Shown here: piece after piece, positions 1 through 9,969 of the stretch | Layout of the letters: each line of letters starts with the position of its first letter | Position numbering within the stretch: the stretch's first letter is position 1 | DNA from: a bacterium | GTDB taxonomy: Bacteria > SAR324 > NAC60-12 | NCBI GenBank assembly: GCA_965233585.1 | Contig: CBDDTI010000745.1 | Span: forward strand, 320,001 to 384,000 | Length of the DNA: 64,000 nucleotides | Direction of reading: 5' to 3' | Made by a program: the position numbers and the translations under genes | The notes under the pieces: model-generated | Database searches by the model: none | The model's input: the letters and a program-made list of their open reading frames with translations, nothing else | What the model was told of the DNA's origin: nothing

Positions 1-2
1 AG

Positions 3-920
3 CTACAAATTATCTATGGAGAGAATGTTAATTCTTTGAAATTGGTTGTTGGTGAAGAAGAACAAGAGGGGCAAAATGGTAAAATCGTCTATAAATTACC
101 TGCAAAACCTACCTTTGACGCCAAAGTGAAATTGACTGCCTCAACTGCAGGCGCAGACCAGTTGTCTTTTAGGATTTTGTCTGCCAAATCCAAGTGGGAA
201 TACACCGCAGTTCAAGCAGGTTCATCTGCCCCAGCACCTTCTCTGGGTGCGAGTGTGACCGCTAGCTCTTTTGATTCCATGAAAGACAGCAACAACAAAA
301 CTTACACGCGGGGAATCTTAAAGTTAGGAACAGCACATGCAGTCTCCAGTCATGACACACTTGGGGCATGTTCCACCACAGCAGGAACGGTGTTGATTTC
401 ATCAGATAACTTTGTGAATTGTGAAGCAGTGCATAAGTACGTACCTGTTTTTGATAGCTTTCTGGTTCCAAAAGCAGAGTGGAAACCTTCTACCACTTAC
501 AAAATTGGTGTCCGTTTGAGTGATGGCAACGTCTCTAAATTTCAAAAATCTGGGGTAGATGTCTCCTTTACAACCAATGATTTAACTCATGACACTTCTG
601 GTACGTTAAGCTTAGGTTCACCCTCCACCTTGCGATTAAAAGCAAGTGGAAAGTATCAGATTGTTACCTCTTACTCAAATATAAACGATGTTGTCACATG
701 GAATATGATAAAAGACAGATGTCCTAGACAGTACTCTGGCTATCAAAATCTTAATGGTGAAAAAATGAGACTTGACACAACTTATGTGAGAGCGAACCAA
801 GTCAATGCTTTCCCTAGTTCTGGGCAATATAGAGTTTATGTGAATAGAGACACAACTAAGCTCATCACGACAGGTGTAGTCCACTTGTTTTGCACTATCA
901 ATCTCTCCCCTCGTCCCTGA
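3..920 (+). CDS. Hypothetical Ser/Thr/Gly-rich protein, 5' end outside window
   Basis: The frame of ORF 36..920 is open back to the window edge. Composition suggests an extracellular beta-rich protein; no family recognised. Confidence 0.55.
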   Translation, partial: LQIIYGENVNSLKLVVGEEEQEGQNGKIVYKLPAKPTFDAKVKLTASTAGADQLSFRILSAKSKWEYTAVQAGSSAPAPSLGASVTASSFDSMKDSNNKTYTRGILKLGTAHAVSSHDTLGACSTTAGTVLISSDNFVNCEAVHKYVPVFDSFLVPKAEWKPSTTYKIGVRLSDGNVSKFQKSGVDVSFTTNDLTHDTSGTLSLGSPSTLRLKASGKYQIVTSYSNINDVVTWNMIKDRCPRQYSGYQNLNGEKMRLDTTYVRANQVNAFPSSGQYRVYVNRDTTKLITTGVVHLFCTINLSPRP

Positions 921-1089
921 TATTCCTTTCTCCGCTTCACAATTTCTTTTCCAAACGGGAGTGTCATGCTCCTGTTGGTTCACTCTCTGTCTGCCCTGAT
1001 ACTTTGCCGATTTTGAAAATCTTTGATTCTTTAGCAAGAACGTTGTATCTTTGATGGCTTGTTCTCATGGATTCAAGTGAGAATTTTGG

Positions 1090-1119
1090 AATCAATCATT
1101 TTTTTAAAATCAATCATTT
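1090..1119. promoter_or_regulatory. Direct repeat AATCAATCATTT x2 just upstream of the aldehyde dehydrogenase RBS
   Basis: Copies at 1090-1101 and 1108-1119, followed by AGGAG; a regulator site is an inference. Confidence 0.3.
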
Positions 1120-1132
1120 AGGAGTTTAGTCT

Positions 1133-2659
1133 ATGATTCAGTTAACAGGACATTCGTTGGTCAATGCCCAAGAGGTTGCAGGTTCTTCAGAAACCTTTCA
1201 TTCAGTCAATCCCGCCACTCAGGAGGCTCTCAATCCCCCTATTTTTCAAAGTACTTCTCAAACAGTAGATGAGGCAGTAGAAGTTGCACAAAAAGCATTT
1301 GTTGCATACTGTGAACAACCTTTGAGCCAGAGAGCAGATTTTTTGGAAAAAATTGCAAGAAGTCTTGAAGCTCATGCAGACCAGATTGTCCAAGTGGCAA
1401 TGAGTGAAAGCGGATTACCTGAAGTTCGTATGCGGGGAGAACTTGGTCGCACCTGCGGACAGCTTCGTTTATTTGCCCAAATTGTCAAAGATGGTCAATT
1501 TCTTGGAACTTGTGTGGAACATGCACAGCCTGAACGCAAACCATTACCCAAGCCAGATTTGAGACTGCTGAACATTCCGCTTGGCGTGGTCAGTGTGTTT
1601 GGTGCTTCAAACTTTCCTCTTGCTTTTTCAACAGCTGGTGGCGACACAGCTTCTGCTTTAGCTGCAGGTTGCCCTGTCATCGTGCGTTCTCACCCTCTGC
1701 ATGCTTTGACAAGCGAGCTTGTTGGACGTTGCATTCAAAATGCCGCAAAAGATTCTGGAATCCCTGCAGGAGTCTTCGCTTTGGTTCAAGGACAAGACCA
1801 TGCCATCAGCAGACGTTGCGTTCAACACCCTGCTGTCCAAGCTGTTGGGTTCACAGGTTCATTGAAAGTGGGAAGAATGCTATTTGACCTTGCGACCCAA
1901 CGTCCCAATCCCATTCCCTTTTACGGAGAATTTGGGTCAGTCAATCCTGTTGTGCTGTTGCCTGATGCGCTGCAAAAACGAGGCACAGCCATTGGAGAGG
2001 GTTTTTGTCAGGCATTGACGATGGGTGCTGGGCAATTTTGCACCAACCCTGGCGTGGTTTTGGCAGTCAAAGGCAAAGATTTAGATACGTTTGTGAATGC
2101 CCTTTTACAATCTGCAGACCAAGCCAAAGACCAGACCATGCTTTCGCAAGGAATCCATCAGTCTTACTGCAAAGGGGTTCAGTATCTGACAGAACATGAT
2201 GCCGTTCAAAATTTAAAAACAGACTCATCTGTTGCCAACTCTGCAAACGTTGCCGTCTTTAAAACGTCTGCCTCTGCTTTTTTGCAGGATTCAAAACTGT
2301 CTGATGAAGTGTTTGGACCTTGTTGTTTGATTGTAGAATGTGATGATTTGCCTCAACTTCAAAACTGCTTAGAGTCTTTTGATGGTCAGTTGACGGCAAC
2401 CCTTCACTGTGAAGAAGCTGATTTTGCAATCGCCAAAGAGTTGATGCCCCTTTTGACGCCCCGTGTCGGACGGATTTTATTCAATGGATTCCCCACAGGT
2501 GTTGAAGTCACCCATGCCATGATGCACGGAGGACCTTACCCTGCCAGTTCTGACGTTCGTGGCACTTCTGTTGGGTCAAAAGCGATTGAAAGATTCCTAA
2601 GACCTCTCTGCTTTCAAAACACACCTAAGGCTTTGCTTCCTGAAATCCTTTGCGATTAG
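1133..2659 (+). CDS. NAD(P)-dependent aldehyde dehydrogenase, alpha-ketoglutaric semialdehyde dehydrogenase type
   Basis: FGASNFPLAFSTAGGDTASALAAGCPV, GFTGS, GQFCTNPG and HGGPYPA motifs; AGGAG RBS. Confidence 0.93.
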   Translation: MIQLTGHSLVNAQEVAGSSETFHSVNPATQEALNPPIFQSTSQTVDEAVEVAQKAFVAYCEQPLSQRADFLEKIARSLEAHADQIVQVAMSESGLPEVRMRGELGRTCGQLRLFAQIVKDGQFLGTCVEHAQPERKPLPKPDLRLLNIPLGVVSVFGASNFPLAFSTAGGDTASALAAGCPVIVRSHPLHALTSELVGRCIQNAAKDSGIPAGVFALVQGQDHAISRRCVQHPAVQAVGFTGSLKVGRMLFDLATQRPNPIPFYGEFGSVNPVVLLPDALQKRGTAIGEGFCQALTMGAGQFCTNPGVVLAVKGKDLDTFVNALLQSADQAKDQTMLSQGIHQSYCKGVQYLTEHDAVQNLKTDSSVANSANVAVFKTSASAFLQDSKLSDEVFGPCCLIVECDDLPQLQNCLESFDGQLTATLHCEEADFAIAKELMPLLTPRVGRILFNGFPTGVEVTHAMMHGGPYPASSDVRGTSVGSKAIERFLRPLCFQNTPKALLPEILCD

Positions 2660-3143
2660 ATTAAAAACTGGGGCATTCCAAAGCGAAACCGACTTATTTT
2701 GTGCCGCAGTCTTAACAAGGCTTGTTAGTCAAGGATTCAATCAGTTCTAAATTCAAAAGCTAGCACGGCACAAAAGCCTTGAGATGACACGGGGCTATGT
2801 GGAGGCAAACCAAGTCGGTTTGCAAGAGCTGGTGGAGGGGCTTTAGTGCTTTTTTCTTTTTTCATTGAGAACAATAAACAAGCAAAAAAACGCACAATCT
2901 AGTAAAGTTGTCATCAAGATAATTGAATACATGCTAATCTCTGTGATAGTAGTAAAAAGTGATCAAAAAACCAGATGACAACTAAGTAAACCAAAAAATT
3001 CACCTGGTCGTTCTTCTAATGAGGAAATTCCTTGCATATCGTATCCTACTAGATAGCCTAGTCCAACTAAACTTAAACTTAAATAAATCAATAAAAGTTC
3101 TTTCATAAGTTAATGGCATTAGCATAGTTGAGATTTGTCAAAA

Positions 3144-3225
3144 AAAAGCGATTGAAAGATTCCTAAGACCCATCTGCTTTCAAAATACACCTAAGGCTTT
3201 GCTTCCCGAAATCCTTTGCGATTAA
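3144..3225 (+). repeat. Diverged duplicate of the last ~82 bp of the aldehyde dehydrogenase gene (2578-2659)
   Basis: Encodes KAIERFLRPICFQNTPKALLPEILCD*; about 5 mismatches, mostly synonymous. Confidence 0.9.
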
Positions 3226-3235
3226 GTTAGAAAGC

Positions 3236-3320
3236 AGATTGCGGGTCAAGGTGAGCAGTGACTTGCGTCAGTTAAAAAGTGACTAGGATAAGAAGATTGC
3301 GGGTCAAGCCCGCAATGACT
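3236..3320. repeat. Two REP-like palindromes (AGATT-stem-TCAAG-stem-ARTGAC)
   Basis: agattgcgggtcaaggtgagcagtgac and agattgcgggtcaagcccgcaatgac; same family as the 10.7-15.4 kb repeats. Confidence 0.75.
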
Positions 3321-3404
3321 AATGACTTGTGTCAGTTCAAAAGGTAAGAATCGCTTGCTAGGTTTTGTCTAGCATTTTTCTAGCAAGTAGATTTTTTGGG
3401 AGGG

Positions 3405-5819
3405 TTACTTTTTCTTCTTAGCTTCGTAATAAGACTGCAACATCTGATTCATCAATTCTGTATGGGCATCAGTGTCTAAAGAGCCTTCTTTGGAGACCGT
3501 TTTCCAGACGTCATCGTTGAGCATTTCACGATGACAACCCATACAAAGTCCCGTGCGTTCCATTCCTTTTCTCTCCTCTTCATTCAAAGCACGGCTTAAA
3601 GGCCAGTGAGACCCAACGGTAGCAAGTTGCTGATTCTTCTGTTTGTCAATGATGGCAGACCAGTCAAAGGTGAGTTTAGGAATTTTAGCAATTTGGATTT
3701 GGTAATTTTTAGGAATTGGCTCACCCGTTCTTTGGTCTATCAAATCCTCTACAATATCCCGTGAATATTGATTTTGGAAGACACCGCCACCGATGCCATA
3801 GCCAAGTGCTTTGGGGTTATTGTGGCAACTTTCACAAGACCTTGCCTTGCGTTGCATGGAGTGCGGTTGAACTGGCGCCATATCAATTCCCAAAGTCGGT
3901 TCTGTTTGTCCATAAGCCAGTGCTTCATCTGTGACGCTCGCAATCATGTTGTTCACTAACACCTTGCCATCTCGTCCAATGACAGTGAAAAGGACTTGAC
4001 AGCCGGGCATGAGCGGAGTCACACGTCCTTCTCCATTGATTCCAAGCACGGGGTCTTCCCAACGCAAATAAGACCGCCCTTCAATCGCTTTGCCCAAACT
4101 TTGAATGCCTTTGGTGCCAAGGTGCGATTCCATCGTTTGCCCATCAGGAAAGACCTTGCTACCTGATGCAATCCAGTCTGTATCGCTGGCGCCTTTGGAA
4201 TAGTCCATCGTGACGTGGCAACCATAACATTGTGGCGCCCAAGAGGCATGGCAAGTGTAGCATTCTAGCTTGTCATTGTGTTTTCGGACGCTAGACATGG
4301 CAACCATAGCATTTTCACTTTTCCATGTGTCATTCTTCTTGATTGTTTTGAGTACAGGGATTTGAAAGTCATTGCCTGTGGCAGAATGGAGAATCACCTT
4401 TTCACCATCTTTGACAACATTCCCTAAAGGATTCCCTCTGGCACTTAGCAAATAGCCTTCTTTTTTCTCATAAACGGTACCAAAAAGTAGTGTTTCTAAA
4501 GGGGGTTGCTCTGCCAATCCGCGTGGGGTTTTGGGCAGTGTTTTGCCAAATTCTTCACTGTATCCCAAGGGCAGTTCCCAAGGGTATTGGTCTGTTGTTC
4601 CGTGGCAGTCTTGGCATTCAATCTCCACTTGGGCAAGGGTTGTTCCAAAAATATTGCCGTCTCCGTGCATGTCAATAGAAGTGTGGCAGTCTTGGCAAAG
4701 CAGTCCGCCTCTTGGGTTTTCAGGTCGGCTTTCCAGTTGATGATGCAGGTCATCAGAAATGAACAAATATTGCTTGGTGTGCAATTTAGGTTGCTTCTTA
4801 CCTTGGGCATTAAATGGTGTTCCGTAGGGGAACTCCATGAGTCCTTGATAGGTCACACCAATCCGCTTGCCTCTGTTGTGGCATGAATTACAAGTTTCAA
4901 CAGGAATCCCGCCTGCCTCTCGTGTTCCGTAGATTTTGTGTGTGAGCAAATGCCCTTTTTCTTTTTTGTCAATGGTGGGGTCTGAACCCTCATAAAGTCC
5001 CTCGTTTCCATAGAGAACATGGCATGCAGAACAACCCATTCCGCGATAGTCTCCCCTCTTTTCACGACCTCTGACAGCCACATGACAACGTTGGCATTGT
5101 TGCCTTTGGTAAGTGAATCCTGCCAGTTGGGGATTGGCTTCTATTTCTTCAACAGTGGGGTGAGGGATTTGCTCTAACTGGTCAGGGATTTGTTTGGGGA
5201 AGGCTTTTTTAAGTTGTTCTGCATAATCTTTGTAGGCTTCTGTTCCGACCATGGGTCTTGGTCCGTCTGTGTCTTGCACATCATAGTTTCCCCAAGGGAC
5301 ATTGTAGTCTTGAACCTCTTCAACGCCCCATGTATGCAGGTTTCCTTGTATTTTTCCTGCCTCTGTGTTCATCAAGGCACGTTGCAAGCGGTAAACATAA
5401 CCTGTGTGGCACTGCCCGCAGGTTTTTTCTGCAATATGGATACTGCCCGGGTCACGATAAAAAGTGGTTGGTCCGTTGATTTGAATCATCGCTTCTGGTG
5501 AACCTTCATGTGCTTTCTGATAGTCTGTGGCTTGTGGATTCCCCCCATGACACACGACGCAGCCCCCTGGATCCCCTGCAATTTGACCTCTGGCAACAAT
5601 CTGAATCATCATCAGGCTTTGTGGGTCACGTATGCTTTCAATGCCCTGATGACAGCTCAAGCAACCTTTTTCTTGAGCTTCAGACAAACTCACTGTTTTA
5701 AGAGGTCCGTCATATTCTTTTTTGACAATTTCAGGAACTTTGTAAATGGGAGAGGCATTGACAAGGCTCATTAGCCCAAGCATCAAAAACAAACCCAAAT
5801 AAAATGTTAGGATTTTCAT
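3405..5819 (-). CDS. Exported multiheme c-type cytochrome (12 CxxCH motifs)
   Basis: N-terminal signal peptide; CLSCH, CVVCH, CGQCH, CQRCH, CSACH, CNSCH, CQDCH x2, CYTCH, CYGCH, CESCH, CMGCH. Confidence 0.92.
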   Translation of the reverse strand: MKILTFYLGLFLMLGLMSLVNASPIYKVPEIVKKEYDGPLKTVSLSEAQEKGCLSCHQGIESIRDPQSLMMIQIVARGQIAGDPGGCVVCHGGNPQATDYQKAHEGSPEAMIQINGPTTFYRDPGSIHIAEKTCGQCHTGYVYRLQRALMNTEAGKIQGNLHTWGVEEVQDYNVPWGNYDVQDTDGPRPMVGTEAYKDYAEQLKKAFPKQIPDQLEQIPHPTVEEIEANPQLAGFTYQRQQCQRCHVAVRGREKRGDYRGMGCSACHVLYGNEGLYEGSDPTIDKKEKGHLLTHKIYGTREAGGIPVETCNSCHNRGKRIGVTYQGLMEFPYGTPFNAQGKKQPKLHTKQYLFISDDLHHQLESRPENPRGGLLCQDCHTSIDMHGDGNIFGTTLAQVEIECQDCHGTTDQYPWELPLGYSEEFGKTLPKTPRGLAEQPPLETLLFGTVYEKKEGYLLSARGNPLGNVVKDGEKVILHSATGNDFQIPVLKTIKKNDTWKSENAMVAMSSVRKHNDKLECYTCHASWAPQCYGCHVTMDYSKGASDTDWIASGSKVFPDGQTMESHLGTKGIQSLGKAIEGRSYLRWEDPVLGINGEGRVTPLMPGCQVLFTVIGRDGKVLVNNMIASVTDEALAYGQTEPTLGIDMAPVQPHSMQRKARSCESCHNNPKALGYGIGGGVFQNQYSRDIVEDLIDQRTGEPIPKNYQIQIAKIPKLTFDWSAIIDKQKNQQLATVGSHWPLSRALNEEERKGMERTGLCMGCHREMLNDDVWKTVSKEGSLDTDAHTELMNQMLQSYYEAKKKK

Positions 5820-5893
5820 TGCATTAATTGACCATGAAGGTTCACAGAAAGTTGACAGAAAACGGCTAGACTGACCAGCCCCCGATTGGAAAC

Positions 5894-6044
5894 CACAATC
5901 ATTTTTTTGTTAGAAAAATGAAAGACGTGAGACTCTACTTGACCTTGATTTAAATGTCAAGAATTTTTTGCCGAAATCACAATCATTTTTTTGTTAGAAA
6001 AACAAAAGACGTGAGACTCTACTTGACCTTGATTTAAATGTCAA
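5894..6044 (-). promoter_or_regulatory. Tandemly duplicated sigma70-type promoter (67-bp unit, 84-bp period)
   Basis: Copies at 5894-5960 and 5978-6044 each read TTGACA-17 nt-TAGAGT on the minus strand, facing the cytochrome gene. Confidence 0.7.
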
Positions 6045-6101
6045 ATCTTTTTTTATCAGACTTCTTTTTTGAGGCTTGGAGGCTGGCTAACTTCAACGTG
6101 G

Positions 6102-7289
6102 CTAGTGTGGCTTGGGTTTTGGGATTTTGATTTGGAATGTGGCAAGTGCAATCAAGGCAGCAATCGCCAGCAAGATGACATTAGTCCCAAACCAGCCCAC
6201 AGAGTACAAGGCAACACCTGCCCCAAATCCTGCAAAACCTGAACATGAGAACACACAAGCATCATTGAATCCTTGAATCTTCAAACGTTCTTCAGGTTTT
6301 AAAAGTTGAGTTAAGGCAGTGGAAGCTGTCACGTAAAGTGCTGACCAGCCGACACCAAGTAAAACCAATGCCAGCACCATTGCTGAATAAGAATGCCCTA
6401 GAAACAAATTGCTATAAAACACGCCAACATAATTCAACACGCCAATCCCCAAGACAAGACGCACTCCCAGCTTGGAGATGATGAATCCCATGAAAAGACT
6501 GGGGACAGACATTCCCAACACATGATAACCAATGGCTTCGTTGCTATGTTGCAAAGCAAGACCTTGTTCTTGCATCAAAAGAGGGGTGGCAGTCATCAAA
6601 AAGGTCATACCTCCATACGCCAGTGCGGCAATGAAGATGGCAGGCTTGACGCCCTGTTTTTTGAGCAAAGACAAATCAATTCTCTTGTCAGCAATTTCCC
6701 CGGTTTTGGTGGGAATTTGAAAGGAGAGTAAGATCAAAAGAGAAATGGACAAAATCCCAACAAACGTGGCATAGAGCCAAATGTAGTTTTCCAACACATC
6801 ACCACTGCCAAAGGATTCCATCACCCAGCTAGACAAAGGTGCAGCACCCAACGCACCCACCACAGGCATTGCCACAACCAAAGACAACGCAACTGGTTTT
6901 TGTTCAGCTGCCACCGTGTCAGTTGCGATGAAACGCATTTGATGAAAGCCTGCCATAGAAACCCCCGTAAAGACCACACCCATTAACAAGAGGGGAAAGG
7001 ACAAATAAATCGCAGACAGCAAACAGATGATGCCCCCCGTCAAGCCAAGACTTTGAGTGATAAACAAGCCTTGACGAACCCCATACTGCATCAAGATTTT
7101 AGACACTGGAATTGCCCCCAACATGATAGCTGTGTACTGCACACCCATTGGCAAGGTTGACAATGCACCTGCCCCTTGTTCCACTGCCAAGCGACCTGCT
7201 GACATCACCAAATAAATTGGCGTAAAGCTCGCCACTGCACATAAACTACACATGACTATCAAACCTTGATAGTTCTTGAAAAATGACAT
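6102..7289 (-). CDS. MFS transporter
   Basis: About 12 hydrophobic segments; MTATPL and ER.KIQGFND motifs. Confidence 0.85.
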   Translation of the reverse strand: MSFFKNYQGLIVMCSLCAVASFTPIYLVMSAGRLAVEQGAGALSTLPMGVQYTAIMLGAIPVSKILMQYGVRQGLFITQSLGLTGGIICLLSAIYLSFPLLLMGVVFTGVSMAGFHQMRFIATDTVAAEQKPVALSLVVAMPVVGALGAAPLSSWVMESFGSGDVLENYIWLYATFVGILSISLLILLSFQIPTKTGEIADKRIDLSLLKKQGVKPAIFIAALAYGGMTFLMTATPLLMQEQGLALQHSNEAIGYHVLGMSVPSLFMGFIISKLGVRLVLGIGVLNYVGVFYSNLFLGHSYSAMVLALVLLGVGWSALYVTASTALTQLLKPEERLKIQGFNDACVFSCSGFAGFGAGVALYSVGWFGTNVILLAIAALIALATFQIKIPKPKPH

Positions 7290-7400
7290 CGGATTTTTAC
7301 CTTTGGTTTTAACCTTAGAAATTGACTGCTGACAGACCTGAAAACTTTTGATGAGACCTTGAAGCTGGTACTTGAATGATGGGACGCCTTTGAGATAAGA

Positions 7401-7703
7401 CTAAAAAGAACGAGAATGTCTATTGTTATAAATTTCTGTGAGCATGACTTTGCTTTCTTTCTCAAAAAATTCCATGTATAAAATAAATTTTTGAGTCTTG
7501 GGAGGAATAAAAATCCTAAAAAAGTGATCAGTTCCAATCTTTAACCACTTTTCTGAATCAAATTTTAATTCTTGTACAGTTTTATTTTGGTATGTTTCTC
7601 TAAATTCCTTGTAGGCTTTTTTGGCTTCTGACTGATTGTTTAATTGCTTGCATTTTTCCAAAAAAAGACTGTGCAATTCAAAATAAATCACGACTCCAAC
7701 CAC
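7401..7703 (-). CDS. Hypothetical protein
   Basis: 100-aa ORF overlapping the upstream ORF in an operon-like way. Confidence 0.45.
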   Translation of the reverse strand: MVGVVIYFELHSLFLEKCKQLNNQSEAKKAYKEFRETYQNKTVQELKFDSEKWLKIGTDHFFRIFIPPKTQKFILYMEFFEKESKVMLTEIYNNRHSRSF

Positions 7704-8248
7704 TCCTCAAATTTCAGTTTCTGCTCTTCATTTGCACACTGCTTGAGCTTGTCTTCATCTGACAATTTTGAAAACTGATAACGCCATAAAGTCTGCTCTG
7801 CCTCCTGTGCCACTTGTGGCTGGTCTTCTTTGTTGTAATACACAAACTCCACATGTTTCAAACTTTGTGGGTCAATGACAAAGATGTCGGTGCTTTCTGT
7901 CCAACTGGCATGACTTTTCAGCAGAATCCAATCTTGATTGGGAATGAATTGATGAAGAATGCCAACTTGTTCAGGTGTAGCAGGAAGGCTGATGTGTTGG
8001 TCGTTGGCTAATTTGAGGTGAACTTGACGTGCTTGGTCTCCTGTGATTCCTGTCACTCTTGCAAAGAGTTCAAGCTCTCCTGATTGATACAAAGTTGGTT
8101 CTTGCCCCTCTTTTTCTATCACCAACACACCGTTTTTTTGTTTTTTAAACTCAACGAGCTTTTGGTATGCTTCGTCCAGCCCTTTGATGATTTTATTTCT
8201 GAATTCAATGTGTTCTTTTTGATTCATTTTTTTCTTCTCTCCATTCAA
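7688..8248 (-). CDS. Hypothetical protein
   Basis: 186-aa ORF; GGAG RBS precedes the second Met (MNQKEH). Confidence 0.6.
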   Translation of the reverse strand: MNGEKKKMNQKEHIEFRNKIIKGLDEAYQKLVEFKKQKNGVLVIEKEGQEPTLYQSGELELFARVTGITGDQARQVHLKLANDQHISLPATPEQVGILHQFIPNQDWILLKSHASWTESTDIFVIDPQSLKHVEFVYYNKEDQPQVAQEAEQTLWRYQFSKLSDEDKLKQCANEEQKLKFEEWLES

Positions 8249-8348
8249 AAGGAATTTCCTTTAAACTCATCACTCCATTCCAAAAGGATTAAGCATTCCT
8301 CATACTAACCAAAAACTAGTCAAAGTCCAATGCTTTTCTGGATTTCGT

Positions 8349-9044
8349 TCAATCTTCTGCTTTCACCCCCTCCACAAATCTAATCTCCTCCTCACTTAAA
8401 CCATACAAAGCAAAAACCAGCTCATCTATTGCCTGCTCTTCTGTCGTCGTATCTTGTCCGTTTTGCTTTTTCTGTAAAATCATATCTACTAAATCGGTAA
8501 ACGGTTTTTGTTCTTCTTCTGTGAGTTCGGGAATGGGGATTTGTTCAACATACTGTTTTTTCCATTCAAAAGCATTGCCCAATGGAATACCTGATAATTG
8601 TCCAAAATACCAATTAAAAATTTTACTATTCATTTGACACAGTAAAAATTTGATATTGTGATTATTGCTAGTCATTAAATTTGATGGGGCATTTATAAAT
8701 ACCCCTTCTTTTCCATAAGAAAAATTCGCTTCATAATTTATATTTTCCCAAACAATTTTTGGTTTATAAAAATCGCTCCAATAACTTATGCTATCTTGTG
8801 TTTCAAACCATTGATTCGTTGTTTTCTTGCGTGTTCCTTTTTCTCCTATTTGGTGAAGTCTTTTCCCAAAACCTGCTAAATAATTTTTCAGTGCTGGGTA
8901 GTCATCAATATTTAAATTTAGAGCTGGGAAAGTCCCAATCACCCAAAGCCCCGCCCAATTTGCTTGATACTTTTTAATGTCCTTTCCTCTTAAAATGGGT
9001 TTGATGAGTGCTTTGGTTCGTTCGTATTCATTCCCCTCTAGTAG
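8349..9044 (-). pseudogene. C-terminal (TaqI-C-like target recognition) fragment of a type IIG/Eco57I-like restriction-modification gene
   Basis: IKPILRGKDIKKY, WFETQDSISYW, KPKIVW, KKQYVEQIPIP, IDELVFALYGLSEEEI; 5' end abuts the IS at 9045. Confidence 0.85.
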
Positions 9045-9817
9045 GGCAGTGTTCACTTGATATTGGCATTGCATGTGAGAGTGAATTTGAGGAGTGGAAA
9101 TGAGAAGTTGTCATCATTGTAGGAGTCAGACTTATATCAAGAATGGAAGTTACAAAGGGGTTCAGAGGTATCGTTGCAAGTCATGTCAGAGAGCATTCAC
9201 CTCAAATGGTTTGAGAATCCCACTAGAGACAAAGCGTCAAGCCTTAGAGATGTATGTCAATAGTGTAGGCATCAGAAAGATCGCTCGTTTTTTGCAGGTG
9301 TCTCCCGCTTCAATTGTCAACTGGATCAAAAAAGCTAGAGTGTCTCAACTTCCAAAAGACGCACCAAGTTTCCATGCACAAGTAGATAGTATAGAGATGG
9401 ATGAGATCTACACTTTTGTTCAAAAAAAAGCCAAAGAGTAGCTGTTTGGACAGCCTATTCTCGTCAAGAACAATGTGTGATTGCCTTTGTGATAGGCAAA
9501 GGATTAGCAGCAGCAAAGCAGCTGTATGGACTAGTCAAAGCACAACGAGCTAGAATTGAAACGATTTATACAGATGCCAACTCATGCTATCAAGTGGCAT
9601 TTGCACAACTCCAAATTCCACAAAAGCATCAGATAGGCAAGGACAACACTCATCTCATTGAATCTTCTAATTCTTCCATCAGAGATAACCTAGCTCGCTT
9701 GATGAGAAAATCTAAACGACATTCCAAAACTTTTGACATGCTGGAACACTCTCTACAACTCTTCTTTGACTATAAAAGGTTTGAAAAATATCATGACAAT
9801 ACCAAGTGAACACTGCC
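9045..9817 (+). mobile_element. IS1-family element, type a, copy 1 (773 bp)
   Basis: ~25-bp IRs starting GGCAGTGTT; InsA-like CxxC..CxxC plus HTH ORF (9094-9441); InsB-like ORF ending 9809; A8 slippery site at 9422-9429; flanks do not form a TSD. Confidence 0.93.
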
Positions 9818-9969
9818 TCTTGTCAGAGGGGAATTGAAACACTTTGCCTTTCGTCATTGCCACCTTGAGTGAGCAATCTCCTCTTTTCAGATTTCTCTCT
9901 TTTTTTATTTTTCCATTTTGTCTTTAAATTTGTTATGATTCTGGTTTTGACATTCTCACTTATCGGCTG

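Noticed and set aside
3716..5774. Many short ORFs overlapping the cytochrome (and similar ones over other long genes)
   Set aside because: Antisense or alternate-frame shadows with no recognisable motifs.
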